A stretch of DNA of 61,922 nt, filler included, from Hausera hauseri (GCA_046269625.1; 10 parts of 10 records of this genome joined end to end with filler, not necessarily neighbours in it); one strand, 5' to 3'; positions 1-12,204 are shown, numbered from the whole stretch's first letter. Program-made: numbers and translations. Notes: generated from the letters alone by a model not told the origin.

Positions 1-639
1 TTGAACGGCTAAATATGAAATTTCGATATTTCTCGTTGGATCTCGGCTTATGTCGTCGATTGTTAGCAATTGCTCATTGCATTCTTCTTTATCACTTGGA
101 CAAAGTTTTCCTTCTGATTTCAGATGATCTTCGATACAGTTGAAACAAAATTTACAACCACATGGAGAGTAACATGAATCAATTAATAACTTCCCACAAA
201 GTGTACACTTTAGACCATCTGGAATTGTGTTGATAAATGTTAAATTATGGTTTCGCAAAATTTCAAAAATGGCATTCATTATGCGATTGATAAATGCTAA
301 AATGACAACTGTTACATGCTGACCTTTGTATTTATGAATTGATGATTAATCGAAAACGATATGGTCTGCATCGGATTAAATATTTTGTAACCAATAAATA
401 GGGCCGTGAATTTTTCGCAGTTATCGCGGTGGTGGTAAAAATTATGAATTTTGTACATTTTATTAAAACGCCGCAAATTTATAGAATTAGGGAAGATTTC
501 GCGAATTTTACCTTAATTTAGTCAATAATCAATAATTCAATAAAAGTATTCTCATTTGCCTGTACTAGCAGAATTATGATTTTTTGTTGAAGTTCTTGCT
601 CTTTAGAATTACTGAAGATATTGAAATTATTGTGAACAA

Positions 640-1700
640 ATGGCAGTACCAAAAAAACAACAAAAAAGTTGCCACTTTGATGACGCCTCAAAAACGAGCA
701 TCCCAGTTTCCAGCAAAAGCTTTCCAGTGAGTGGAAACATCCTTTTTTGTAACACTTGCAATATTCCCGTAGAATTTAATCGAAAGGACAGTTGCATAAA
801 GCGCTGCATTGGAAGACCAAACCAGTGCCCAAAGCTAACGACAATCTGAGCTTACGCCACATGTAGAAGTCTCTTATGCTGCGAAATTCCCGCTTAAATC
901 ATTAAATAACCCCAATCTGAGATCATACTTGAAAGAAAATTTGAAATCCTACTGCTCAACAATTAAGAATAGCTTATTCACCAAAAGTTTTTGAAGTTCA
1001 TCAGGCTAAATTACGTGATCTTCTTTCAAAATCATCTGCTACGGCTCTGATATGTGATAAAACTACTGATGTGGAAGACAGCTATGTATTCAATTTGCTT
1101 GCAGTTCCAAGTTTGGCCAATGACAACAATATTGTCGAGAATGTAGGACACAAATTACAATGAGTATTGTTCGACTGTGTGATCTTGGAAGTAACACACT
1201 TCAAAACCGTCAGTGAGACTGTTATGAGCATTTTGTGTAAGTATGGAATTGCTTTTGGTAGAATAAGATCCCTTGTCACTGAAAATGCCACATACATGTA
1301 CAAGGCATGGCATTCAAGCCTTAAATGTCATTCATGTTACCTCCTCGGCTCATTTATTTAAATTAATCTGTGAAATATGGCAGAAGGAATTCCAGTGAGT
1401 GAACGATTTAGTGCCTCGCTTAAAGAAAGAATTCTCTGCTTATCCAGCAAGAAAAGCAAGATTCAGAACATTTTTGATCGAAAAAAGAAAACCGGCTCTT
1501 CTTTAGTCAACTCCAGTGATCACCCGTTAAAATACATGGTTTCAAGCAGCTTTGTATCACATGGAATATCTTGAAGATTATTTTCAAATTTAAATTGAAT
1601 CCGGTAGTAGCGTCAACCTCACGGAAATAGTGGAATTGGTATCTTCTGAAGATATAAGATCAGATCTGAATAATTTAAGAAATTATGCTCTACGGGTCAT
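640..1700 (+). pseudogene. Decayed hAT-type transposase with CGGBP1-like zinc finger
   Basis: Frameshifted pieces read SGNILFCNTCNIPVEFNRKDS (CGGBP-like BED finger), FPLKSLNNPNLRSYL, ICDKTTD (DETTD), VTENATYM (VTDNAxYM), HVTSSAH (CxxH) and PVITR*NTWF (TRWNSW). Confidence 0.75.
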
Positions 1701-4052
1701 GTAAATCTATGATGGGCAACCCGTGACTCGCAAGCCACAACTGGCTCTTTTCGTAATATTTTGTGGCTCTATTGTGGTGCCTTCGTGCGACGAGGAGCCT
1801 GGCCTACTCTCGGCCGGACCAAATCGGGTGTGTGGTTTCGCTTCAGTTGCAATCTCAGGGCCTTGCTGCAATCGGTGGCATTCGACCGGTTTGACGATTG
1901 AAATCTTTGAATTCAAATGCAGAACAAAATAAGCTGTTTAAACTATCAGATCATGGAATAATTCCAATACTGTGCGTTTTACCAGTAATGCTGAAACGTA
2001 AGCCTCCTTTCCAACATATTCTATCACCTTTAATCGTCTGTTATCAGTCAATCCCATTTTTTTTCTTTTAACGAAATGTATTTTCCAATTCAACACCAAA
2101 CAAGTGTATCAACAGCGGTCACAAATCAGTCAAAACAAGTCTCGATTGAATCGTTGACTGTGATATTAAAAACTTGATATATAAAATCTGAGACACCTAA
2201 TTGCATTCGTAGATCGATTAACATTCGCAATATTCGTTCGACAATGACGTTGAAGCAGTAATCGATAGGAAAATATTTTCGTTTCTACACAAAATACATT
2301 TTACCGATTCTTTGATTTTTATCCGCGTCAAGATTTTGTTGACAAATTCAATTTGACCAAAATACCGTAGAAGAAAAATCCCAGAACATAGTTTGAGTTA
2401 GAAATGAGCGAAACAGCCGAAAAATTAATGGAGTGATGGGAAGGGTTGGTATACAATTGTCGAATTCGTCCAACCTCTGTTTTAATGATCAGTGTTTCAG
2501 TTTCATTCAATATTTTGGTCTTGTCAAATAAACTTTTTGATTCTTGGGATGGAAAAGTTCCCTGCCGAAACAGAGGCAGTAAATTCCGTGGTTTTGCAAC
2601 CCCGTTGTTCTAGGAATGGTGTACAATACCGCAAAATGTCGGCTGTTCTTTTTTACGCATATCTTTGTTAAAGATTTTGATAGAGAAGCGTTCAACTCAA
2701 TGTTCAGTAAAACCACAATTGGTCAGATTAGCTTTTGGCCAGATTTTTTAAAATGACCAAATGAACAAATGGCTATTGATTGAAATAAACAACAATTGTT
2801 ATCAGTTATTTACAATGCCAGGCTCGGCCGTCCGGCATTCAACACTACATTCGGCAGACTGAGCAACCGCGGCCACCACGTAGACGGGACACAAAAAGGT
2901 GGGAGATTTTGGCGTTGTTTATCAGACCATCCCACACTCCAATTTTATTGCGTTTAAAAACTTACTCAAATGCATTGCTTGTACGTTGCTTTACAAAATT
3001 CCAGTCTTTTTGAAAACATTCAACATTCAGTCAAGAATTTATCGCCAGAAAACTGTCTGTTTCGGTTTTTTTCCTTATTGGATATCAAAGTGGATCTCGT
3101 AGCCTTCATTACTAAAAATCCCGTCAAACTTGTAAAGCTGTTGCAAAATATTTCTGCATCGGCATTTGATATCTTGAATGGCTCAGAAAACACGTATAAT
3201 TGCAGCTTCTTGTCAACGTTAAAAACGACGATATTTGTTGATTTTATTGATCGAATTATGATTTTTCGTGGAACAAGTATAGCTGTCACAATTGGAAATA
3301 ATTTCATCCGACATTGCACGTACTGGTGCTACGATAAATATTGCAAAAGTTCTAAGGAAAAAATTCATGCGTTTTACCTAGAATATTACAAAATTTGTTC
3401 ATGCTTTATGCGCACTAAATACGTTGCTATTAAGCGATTTTAATTTTGTGTTTCAGTTAAGGTAGAAAAATCTGCCTACACATATTGCGTAAAGAAATGT
3501 GTAGTATGTATTGCTAGAGGATCTACCTGTGAAAACATAAAAAAGCAAGCAATATTTGGTTTATTGATATTCCTGTTATTCGAAGACCACTTTCAAACAC
3601 GAAAATATATGTAAAAATACATAGCATTAATTATGGTATTTCCATTTGCAGATGACGTGACTCCTTCGGAATCGTATTTTACTTTAAAACCCTCAATATT
3701 GCTACTTTACTTTCAAATATAACTGAAACTGATCCACACGGATCAGACGATTCGTCTTGCATTGAAAATGTTTTTGACTATACCATATTATTAATGATAT
3801 CGGCCAGATACTCAAATATTGTCTCAGAAATTCCTAGGGCTGTCACGAAATGTACTGAGCATCTAAATATTTATGATAATCAGGACAGCTTGTTTAGGTC
3901 AATATCACTCAAAAATTGAACCATGAATACCAAATTCGGAACTCTTTGGTTACTCTCGTATTACGTTGCACTAATATCAAATCCTAAACTTTTGTGTAAT
4001 AAGGACAACAGCTTGCCTAATAAAGCTCTACTGGTTTGACTTATCACACCCC

Positions 4053-4997
4053 TTGGTACACCGAGAGGTCGTACGATCCAACACCTTTTTATGCAAGGTC
4101 TTGGCTCCCTTTGATATTCAGGAAAATGGACCAATGGGTATCAATAGCTTACATAAACCAACCAAAACATTGATTAATCCTTTTGATATCATATACTCTA
4201 TGGAAGATGCAGATTCGAATGAAGGGCAACTCAGACAAATTAGTTCAACTCTTAATGCTTCGGTCAATAACAGCTCCATTAGCAACGATAATTACCATCA
4301 ACGGCATTATTCACACTGGAACTATATCATCTCAGATTGTATTGAAGTTCCAACTGAACTCAGTTGCACCAAGTATCCCCCTCGTACAAAACTGCCACCT
4401 CATTGGAACTGGAACAAATCTTCTTTGTTACCTTCTCTACTTCACGTTCACATTGATGAGAAGAGTTTTATGTATGATGCCATTCCCAAAAAGATCATTG
4501 CAAATGCCACTATATCTGCCAAAGGATTTAATCACATAATGAGAAGCAGTGAAGATAGCGATCATAAAGATGGCGTTTATTGCGTCAGAGAAAGTATCAA
4601 ATACAAATTAGCAAACCGGACTATTTCTGAATGGATAAACATCACCGTAAGAGCTCCAGCAATAAAGAAAGATGGGTTCTTATACAAAACTTCAGATTTG
4701 CTAAACATTGTTGACTACTCCATTGTTAAAAAAACGAAACAGACTTTTGCGAAAACATCTGAAATTCCAGGAGAATAGCATAACCTTCGAAACCAATTTC
4801 AACATATCGTGACTATGGAAACAGAAATTATTTCAGAAAACATAAATGTAACTAATTTGTGTATAGACGTCAAAGAAAGCAAAAAAGAAGTTTATTTTAT
4901 TTGGAATTTTGAACTAAATAATATCAGTATTGGTACCAAGATAATCCCTCGATTTATCAAATATTACATCGAAGGTTTTGCACAAAAATCATTTTGA
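4053..4997 (+). pseudogene. Uncharacterised ORF remnant, possibly an extracellular (FN3-like) region
   Basis: 241-aa plus 62-aa ORFs with several NxS/T sequons and W/Y spacing loosely like FN3. No diagnostic motif. Confidence 0.25.
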
Positions 4998-5389
4998 AAC
5001 TAAAACAGACAACCAAGTGAACAGACACAGCTAGTTGTTGTTTTTACATTCCCTGTGGGGAAGAAATCCAATGAAAGTCTGTCCGATAATGTCAATAATG
5101 AAGTAGATGAAGTTTGCAGCGGGGTGCTGCAGGAGGAGACGGCTTTTCTAATGGGGGTTCTCTCCTCTCGATATCTCGGCGCCACCGCAACGTGGCTCAC
5201 TCGCGGTTTTCCGTCCCAGGGCCGTGGGGTAGATCGCTCGACACGCGGGGCCACTACATCACGCCCTTGGGTACCTACCACCCTCAGTTTCTTTTTTTTA
5301 AATAATATGCATATACATAGACTACGAACGCACTACACTAACGCAATACAAATTCATACCTACATTAGTACAATCACCTACATGACAGA

Positions 5390-5893
5390 TTTTTACATCA
5401 CAAACAACGGAGCTACATTTTCTACTTTTGGAATTCTGGCTTTTTCATCATTTCACGTCTGTCTTCTTATTCATCCCACAATCCGTGGTGGGATGTAATC
5501 TTCTACTACTATTAACATCACGGATAAAGTCACTGCCAAACCTAAATCTATTATCTCTCTCTATAATTCATCTAATGAAACTCCTTCAGCTAATAACATT
5601 CCTTCAGCCAACACCATTCCATCAACATCTTTTCAGTGTGTTGAATTATTTTTGGACAGCCCAAACCCCCACCGGACTAAGCTGGACTTCTGACAGATTC
5701 TTTCTTAAAAGCCAACAGCCTCCTTCTTCACATTCATTCTTCTTTAAAATCACGTTTGTCAAATCTTGTGGAAATATTTGCTGAAGCGGACCCATATAAC
5801 TCATTTCACGCCTCAGTTCTAAAGCTCTCCGAACCATCTATTAACGTAATAATTCAAAAATTCTCTAATGAAAACGCATTAGGTCTCACCAAA
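5390..5893 (+). mobile_element. Ty3/gypsy gag remnant (same family as contigs 4, 8, 9)
   Basis: VEIFAEADPYNSFHASVLKLSEPSINVIIQKFSNENALGLTK aligns by eye with LKIKEPYMDSITHKLFNDNALSTQKP at ~55140, which precedes a zinc knuckle, protease and RT. Confidence 0.55.
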
Positions 5894-5993
5894 NNNNNNN
5901 NNNNNNNNNNNNNNNNNNNNNNNNNNNNNNNNNNNNNTTAATTAATTAANNNNNNNNNNNNNNNNNNNNNNNNNNNNNNNNNNNNNNNNNNNN
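5894..5993. other. Artificial contig-joining linker (44 N + TTAATTAATTAA six-frame stop + 44 N)
   Basis: The identical 100-nt linker is also at 14193-14292, 21231-21330, 25903-26002, 34112-34211, 39185-39284, 46203-46302, 50649-50748 and 57259-57358. It defines ten independent contigs. Confidence 0.98.
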
Positions 5994-6079
5994 TGAGTAG
6001 AATTGTTTTATCGTCTTCCGTGGCAGTAATGTCTGAATGAGCATGGGAATGGTACTTATAGTTTATTGTACAGAGTACA

Positions 6080-6545
6080 TTATTTTGATTCACTAAAACG
6101 TTTATGTGGCTTTTAATTTGATTAATAATCGGTTCATAGTCCATTGCCCGAATACCGAGTACAACAGTTTTACCACTGCTAAACACATTGTCACAAAGTG
6201 AGCGAAATAATATCAGTGTCAGTGCAGGAAACAGTTCCGGTTCATACGTATATTCAGTGGCCATTGCTAATTTGTACAGATTGATTGATGAACCGTCTAA
6301 CTGAGACGTTACCGTTATTGATTGAAATTGGTCAATGACAACTCCGAATGATAGTAGTTTACTTATACTCTTGTCAGCTGTGATTGGTTTGCGACAACCC
6401 ATAATACGACACTTTCTGATTGAAATATGATGCATGTAAAATCCGGTGGACACTTGAGGACATACTGTTTTGGCTTCTATTGATTAAAAGGTAGTGCGTT
6501 AATACCCTTGGTAACATGTCCGCGATAGTTAATATTAGCTAGCAT
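6080..6545 (-). pseudogene. TATA-binding protein (TBP)-like gene of the Polinton
   Basis: Second TBP repeat FQSITVTSQLDGSSINLYKLA..YEPELFPALT..NVFSSGKTVVLGIR (TBP: YEPELFPGL..LIFxSGKVVLTG). First repeat MLANINYRGHV..KPKQYVLK..ISIRKCRIMGCR, broken by a stop and a frameshift. The frame stays open to the contig end at 5994. Confidence 0.85.
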
Positions 6546-6556
6546 TATGGAAACAG

Positions 6557-6598
6557 TGTTTATACTATAGCTGTTTATGTGTAACATGATTATAAACA
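6557..6598. promoter_or_regulatory. Divergent promoter with TATAAACA on both strands
   Basis: tgtttata at 6557-6564 (TATAAACA on minus) faces the TBP ATG at 6545. TATAAACA at 6591-6598 faces the ATPase start at 6640. Confidence 0.6.
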
Positions 6599-6639
6599 AA
6601 TCATGTGGTGAACAAAGGTTGTATTATTATTATTATTAG

Positions 6640-7295
6640 ACGAAGCTGCAGAATGATGCAATTTTCCATATTTTAGGCCCCAGTGGAAGTGGCAAAACGC
6701 ACTTTGTGTGTAAACTATTGCAGGACTACCGTAACATGTTCCGTTCACCGCAGTACAATCACATTTACTGGCATCAGAGTGTTGGTGATGATGGTGAGTC
6801 CGGTCTGCCACATGAAGAATTTTGTAAATTAAAATCGATAACGGTATTTGAAGGGTTTGATGAGAACTGGTCTGAATGATTACGCAACGGTGATGTTATT
6901 GTCATTGACGATTTATTTTAGGAAGCCGCAAAACAAACCTACTTCAACAACCTGTTTACGAAGATTGCACGACACTATGGTGTGACGGTTATTTTCATTA
7001 CGCAAACCATGCTCCATCAAGACGGACAGCATCGAACAAGAAATTTAAACGTACACTATATGGTGTTCAAAAATCTCCGTGATCAGACTCATTGATTATG
7101 TTAATTATTTATTAAACATTTTCTCAAAACCGAGCCTACTTGATAGATGCATATCATGATGCTACGAACAAACCGCATGGATATCTGTTCATTGACTTTA
7201 CACAACAGTGTCCAGATGACATGCGTGTACGAACTTATGTTTTCAATCACAAAGGTGTACATGTCTATAAACAAATTCGAAACTCGACACGATAG
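6640..7295 (+). pseudogene. Polinton A32-like (FtsK/HerA) genome packaging ATPase
   Basis: Walker A ILGPSGSGKTHFV, Walker B VIVIDDL, then LFTKIARHYGVTVIFITQ, RNLNVHYM, FKNLRD, AYHDATNKPHGYLFIDF and MRVRT. Start appears mutated to ACG; internal stops and frameshifts. Confidence 0.9.
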
Positions 7296-7314
7296 TAGTA
7301 GTAGTAGTAGTAAT

Positions 7315-7497
7315 ATGAAGAATTTCCGAAAAACAATTGTTAAACGTAAACCAACCAAAAAGGTATCCAAGAAGGAACGTGCGTCAAATACATCAAAACG
7401 CAACGCTACAGTTAAGCGATTGATCAATTCAGTACTTCAAACAACAACAACAGCAATAAAGAGACGTAGGTTACCGTCAAGGTGGCAACGATTATAA
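7315..7497 (+). CDS. Small basic Polinton protein (putative DNA-binding/core)
   Basis: 60-aa K/R-rich ORF MKNFRKTIVKRKPTKK...RRRLPSRWQRL, with TATAAACA 49 nt upstream. Confidence 0.5.
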   Translation: MKNFRKTIVKRKPTKKVSKKERASNTSKRNATVKRLINSVLQTTTTAIKRRRLPSRWQRL

Positions 7498-7545
7498 ACA
7501 ACTACGATTTGATGCATAAATATTCCATCATTCATTGATTGAATA

Positions 7546-7873
7546 ATGCGCTTTAAACGGAGTCAACGGTACTTTATTGCTTTGCTTAAAGCACCGTCGA
7601 GAAAAACGGAACATGCTGAGATCATTCTCGCAATTTGTAGTAGACGATTTGCTGGTAATTTTATACAATATCGTTGTGGGTCACGTTGACATTTGTAGCG
7701 GAAAGCGGAATTTGCTGAAATATCGAAAAAGACTCATTGGCTTTGCCAACACTCGTAGTAAACGACTGAAACGAGAGGTCATGTACCAGAAAGATGGCGG
7801 ATTTCGGCTGTGCAGTTCTACGGCTTGTCACGTCATTACTGGGTGGTCTCATCGGTACAGCAGCATAGTATAA
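7546..7873 (+). pseudogene. Polinton core protein (adenovirus pVII-like)
   Basis: ILYNIVVGHVDI..LLKYRKRL..KREVMYQKDGGF matches the Polinton core pattern (N.L.GN+.L..L.K.K..L..QxGGF, adenain-type site). Frameshifted. Confidence 0.7.
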
Positions 7874-8017
7874 ACAATGAATGTAATTATATGATGATTT
7901 GCGATATTGGTACATGGTTTTCATCTTTTTGTCCCAGTTTACCGAATATTACATTATCGTTTCGTTCAAATTCTTGTAATACAAGCAAAACCGACACCAT
8001 CGACAACACCGACAACA

Positions 8018-8378
8018 ATGGGTGACGTGTGGTTCGATCCGCATAATACCGTCCGGTATACTGGCGTCAACAAACTGGAAAAGACGGTCAAACAGAGTCT
8101 GCGACAAACCCAACGTTAGCCGGGGGAAACAGTTGGCACACAGCCTTCACAAGCCGATAAGAAAACTGTTTCCAACTCGTGCACATCGTGCTGCAGGTGT
8201 AAATAATGTATGGCAAATGGATCTAATGGAAATGATTTCGTACGCCAGCATTAACGATGGGTATCGGTACGTGCTGACGTGTATTGATGTGTTTAGTCGT
8301 TTTGCACGTCCAATTGCCGTCAAATGTAAATCTGGTAAGGAGATTGCCGACGCTGTTCACACATTAATAAACCAATAA
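8018..8378 (+). pseudogene. Polinton retroviral-like integrase, N-terminal part only
   Basis: WFDPHNTVRYTG, LHKPIRKLFPTR, WQMDLMEM, NDGYRYVLTCIDVFSRFA, KSGKEIADA. Truncated before the second catalytic Asp. Confidence 0.9.
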
Positions 8379-8384
8379 TAATAA

Positions 8385-8916
8385 ATGCAACATGAAATAG
8401 TTTTCTTACGGAAACGGAAACACTTGTGTGAAACCATTAAGGCAGTAGCTAAAATGGCTCTCAAGAAATTTGAATTAAACTTTGATGGTCGTATTTCATT
8501 TACACTACATGATAATGTTACATATTCTGCCTTTGATGAACTATTGTCACGAAATATGGGTTTTAAGAAACGAGAATTCGGTCAAACCGGCGGCGGACGC
8601 CCATTGTTGCTAAACACAAACCACGTTTCTACGAAGTATTTCATAGAATCAATATTTTATCTGATCTAACCGAACCCGTATATGTTGGCGGAGACCGCAA
8701 ACAACTATTGGCTTCTATTGGACTGGTTTCAGACACGTACAAAACAACGGGCGAAACTGCTCATGTAAATATCATCCTGCCATGTATTTATCGTTGTCTC
8801 ACAATGTTGTACACAGTATTTCCGTGTATATAGTAGACGAATTTTGGAAACACATTAAATTTTTGTTTGGAGCCAAGACACATTTGATGCTACATTTTCG
8901 TCGTCGTCGTCGATAA
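8385..8916 (+). pseudogene. Polinton minor capsid (penton) copy 1, C-terminal part
   Basis: Alternate frames give ILSDLTEPVYVGGDRKQLL and SISVYIVDEFWKHIKFLFGAKTHLMLHFRRRRR*, the typical penton C-terminus. Confidence 0.75.
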
Positions 8917-8955
8917 TAAACAAACTGCGTCATCATTATCATCATCATAATCATC

Positions 8956-10011
8956 ATGAGTCTTTACATGATGTTACAGAATAGTAGTTGTCCGACTACT
9001 CGTCCGAACAATTTGGCCAGTCAATACGTTGTGGATTGGGACAATCCGTTATATTTATCCGGCCGATGGGAGGTTGCACTGACGGAATTTAACTTTTCCT
9101 ATGCACCGGTGGCATTGAAAGGTAGTACGAAAATAACGTACAAGACTGTAAATGAAACGAAATCACATTCCTGTCGTCTGACACTTACTAATAATATACT
9201 CTGTCGGAAACCCTTCCATTTGCACGAGAGATCTAAATAATGACGTACAAGAGGGTTTAATTCGTGTTTATCTTAAACAAGGTAAAGTACAGTTTGATTC
9301 AAAAAGCAAATTTACTGTCAGCTTCGAGTTCATTGAAATTGCGCAAAAATGTGGATTCTAAAATACAGAGCTCAAAGGTAATGTTGTTTCTGGTGATTAC
9401 GAAGTTGCACCAAGATTCAGTCCAGTATTTTACGACACATCGGTGAAATTTGTCCTTACTGGACAAAGGGTGTCTACTTCATATGTATCAGTTGGCGATA
9501 ATGTCTATTGTCAATCTGTAGCAGATCTCTGTCGACATATTTCGTCCAATAAATACAAAGGTATATTTAAGGCTTTCACGTCTGATACAAATGGCTACGT
9601 AACATTCGAACTGAATAAGGACGTGGTTAAAATTTCGTTTGATAAAGCTTTTGTCATGGTATTGGGTTTTGAAAAACATCGGCTTGAGGCGAATACGAAG
9701 GCACATGTTGCAACACTTAAACCAAAGCTGAAAAACGCATTACATCAGATGTACATTTAGATGAACGACACCGAACCGATTCTGGTGGGTGGAATACGTG
9801 TGCCGCTAGTCCGTTTAATTTATCCAGAAAGTAACCGCTATACCTCTGGAGATAATGTCAGTGTCAAGCTCGATAATTCAGTGTACTTACTTGTGTCAAC
9901 TACATCTATAAACAATGTCGATGTGACGCGGGCTACTTTATGGAATTTCCATACGGTACCACAACCTCTCTAACTCCTCATTTCCGTCGCAACCAACAAC
10001 AACATGATTGA
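8956..10011 (+). pseudogene. Polinton minor capsid (penton) copy 2
   Basis: N-terminus LYMMLQNSS..PNNLASQYVV..LYLSGRWEVALTEF. C-terminus MYI..TEPILVGGIRVPLVR..FPYGTTTSLTPHFRR. Several stops and frameshifts. Confidence 0.85.
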
Positions 10012-10360
10012 TTCTGAAATCGTTTCCATTTCCAGTAAACTCCAGCAAGGTGGTGAACTGCCGTATTTCGTTGGTAAACAGTATGGCTCTGGATGGTTGC
10101 GTACATTGGCACTTTTAGCATTTCCAGTGTTGAAACGTATTGGAGCCGTGGAAGCAAAAACAGCACAGGATGTACCATATGAAAACAAATCGATTTTACC
10201 ATCATTGAATGAACACGCCTTGTCAAAAATAAAAAGCGCTGCACCTGGAGTCGTTGAATTAGTCAAAAAACAAATCGCTGGTAGTGGCTTGAGAAAATGT
10301 GGTAGAGTAGCTAGCTTTTCAACTGTAAACAAACGTCGTTGTCGTACGATTTTACATTGA
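10004..10360 (+). CDS. Polinton pX/membrane-active-like protein preceding MCP
   Basis: QQGGELPYFVGKQYGSGWLRTLALLAFPVLKRIG...IAGSG (QxGxG plus amphipathic helix), located just before the MCP gene. Confidence 0.7.
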   Translation: MIDSEIVSISSKLQQGGELPYFVGKQYGSGWLRTLALLAFPVLKRIGAVEAKTAQDVPYENKSILPSLNEHALSKIKSAAPGVVELVKKQIAGSGLRKCGRVASFSTVNKRRCRTILH

Positions 10361-10374
10361 TTTAAAACAGACAA

Positions 10375-11610
10375 GTGGCATCTGAAAAATCTGAATTGTG
10401 TATATTTGACAAAGGCGCACCACAAGTAGTTATTGACAATGCGGCATTTGAAGAAATCTACACCATTGATTCTGTTTCAACGGACGATAACATGGACATT
10501 TAATTTAACATTATTACGTCAGACAATGAACACCTCGATTTTAATGACACACCACTGTACGTAAAAGTCATTGTTAAAAATGATGCATCAACGGTTGTCG
10601 CTGCAACAGACAATGTCACACTGGCCAATTGACTTTTCCTCACACTGTTCCAGGAGGCTTCACTGACTCTAAACTGCGTCAAAATCGAAGGCAACACCAG
10701 TCTATACAATATCAAAGCACTTACCGAAACGGCTCTGAATTACAGCGCAGATACGAAAACGACTCATTTGACGAAAACCATCAGATATGACGCCACTGCA
10801 GCAAACCGTCAGTAATGGGTGGCAGAATCAAAAGCGCTTACAATGTGTGGACCGCTGTACTTTGACTTTTTCGATCAGTCGAAATACCTATTGCCTGGTG
10901 TTAAAGCAATGATTCTGCTCAAACGAAGCGACAATGTCTTCTGTTTGAAAACAGCAGTTGCAAATCTCAACCCAATATTGAAAATTACCTAGGCACAATT
11001 ATACTTACGTCGTGTAAAGGTAGAACCATCTGTGCTCATGGGACATCGATTGGGTTTGAAAACGCAAAATGCCTGTTACCCATTACAACGTACAGAACTC
11101 GTGTTTTACACCATACCCAAAAGTTCAACTACTTTTTACAAAGATGCACTGTTTGGCGACATGCGATTGCCGATATTTATGCTTGTTACATTTCAAACGA
11201 CTGCTCAAAAAACGGCTAGTTATACCACCGATTCGGAAACGTTTACTTATAGCAATGTGAATTACATCAGTTTGGGTCGGAATGTGGATTTCGTTGAGAT
11301 ATACAAGCAGGATTTCGAGACCGGTGATTATGTTTGCACATATGTGCAATCTATCATGCGCAACATGGGTTTGACGAACAAAAATGTCAACAATGGCATA
11401 TCTATGGATTTGTTCAAGTCCACCTATCCATTCTCTACCTTTGTCCTGGCTCCAGATTATTATGTTGAACAGACTCAACTACCTCAGCAGGGAAACCTGC
11501 AACTGGAGATTCACGTTGCTAAAGCGTTGGGACAATCTACGGTGATGTACATTTACGGTGTATTTGATGCCGAGGTTGAAATAACGAAAAACCGAACAGT
11601 CATTGTATAA
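10375..11610 (+). pseudogene. Polinton double-jelly-roll major capsid protein
   Basis: (M)ASEKSELCIFD..PQVVI (KSELDLF type), ALTETALNYS, FDFFDQSKYLLPGV, LKRS..FCL, LYLRRVKVEPSVLMGH..ACYPLQR, GNLQLEIH. A few in-frame stops. Confidence 0.92.
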
Positions 11611-11675
11611 ATAAAATCCGATGTGTCTCACCTTTTCTTCTTCGTGCTATGAAGTAATTTATTACTATTACTATT

Positions 11676-12044
11676 ATGCTTAAATCACATTTTACATTTA
11701 GCTCCACTGAGCTCAGTCACTATATAAAACTGCTCTTGGGCGTGAAATCTCGTGGTATGTTTCCAATGGACTGTGCCACTTGATTTACGACAAACTAATG
11801 GTGGTGATGGCGGTTTCGTTGTCAATACACACACTTCTTCGTTGCCGATCGAACATGGGATTGTTGTATATGTCCATTCGATCGTCGTCAGACTATTCGA
11901 TCCGCTAGGATTTTACTACCCGTCATCGTTAGTTTTTCAAACTTAAAGACAATCATCATTATCATACCGAGTTGAATATAATAGACTTCATTATCAATAT
12001 CCAATCTATGTGGATATTACTGTTTATTGTGGCTTACATTATAA
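11676..12044 (+). pseudogene. Polinton adenain-like cysteine maturation protease
   Basis: RGMFPMD, VVNTHTSSLPIEHG (VNTD..PGEHW), LFDPLG (YFDSYG), EYN..YQ..ICGYYCLLWL. Confidence 0.85.
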
Positions 12045-12204
12045 ACGCTTTTATGAACAATGTCTAAATGACTTCTGTTTTGAATTCTTTTTTGTTGTGA
12101 ATTTGAAATATTATTTAGTTATGGTTTTCCTGTTGTACAGCAGATTTGGAATGGATTTTTTTTACAATAAAACGCTTTTCAAATGACAAAAATGTTTGTT
12201 ATAG

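Noticed and set aside
1950-3450. Possible YWTD/FN3 receptor kinase ectodomain
   Set aside because: Only vague resemblance (YWCYD, AFD); not supportable by eye.
5938-5949. Recurrent TTAATTAATTAA palindrome
   Set aside because: Always centred in N runs; it is an assembly linker, not biology.
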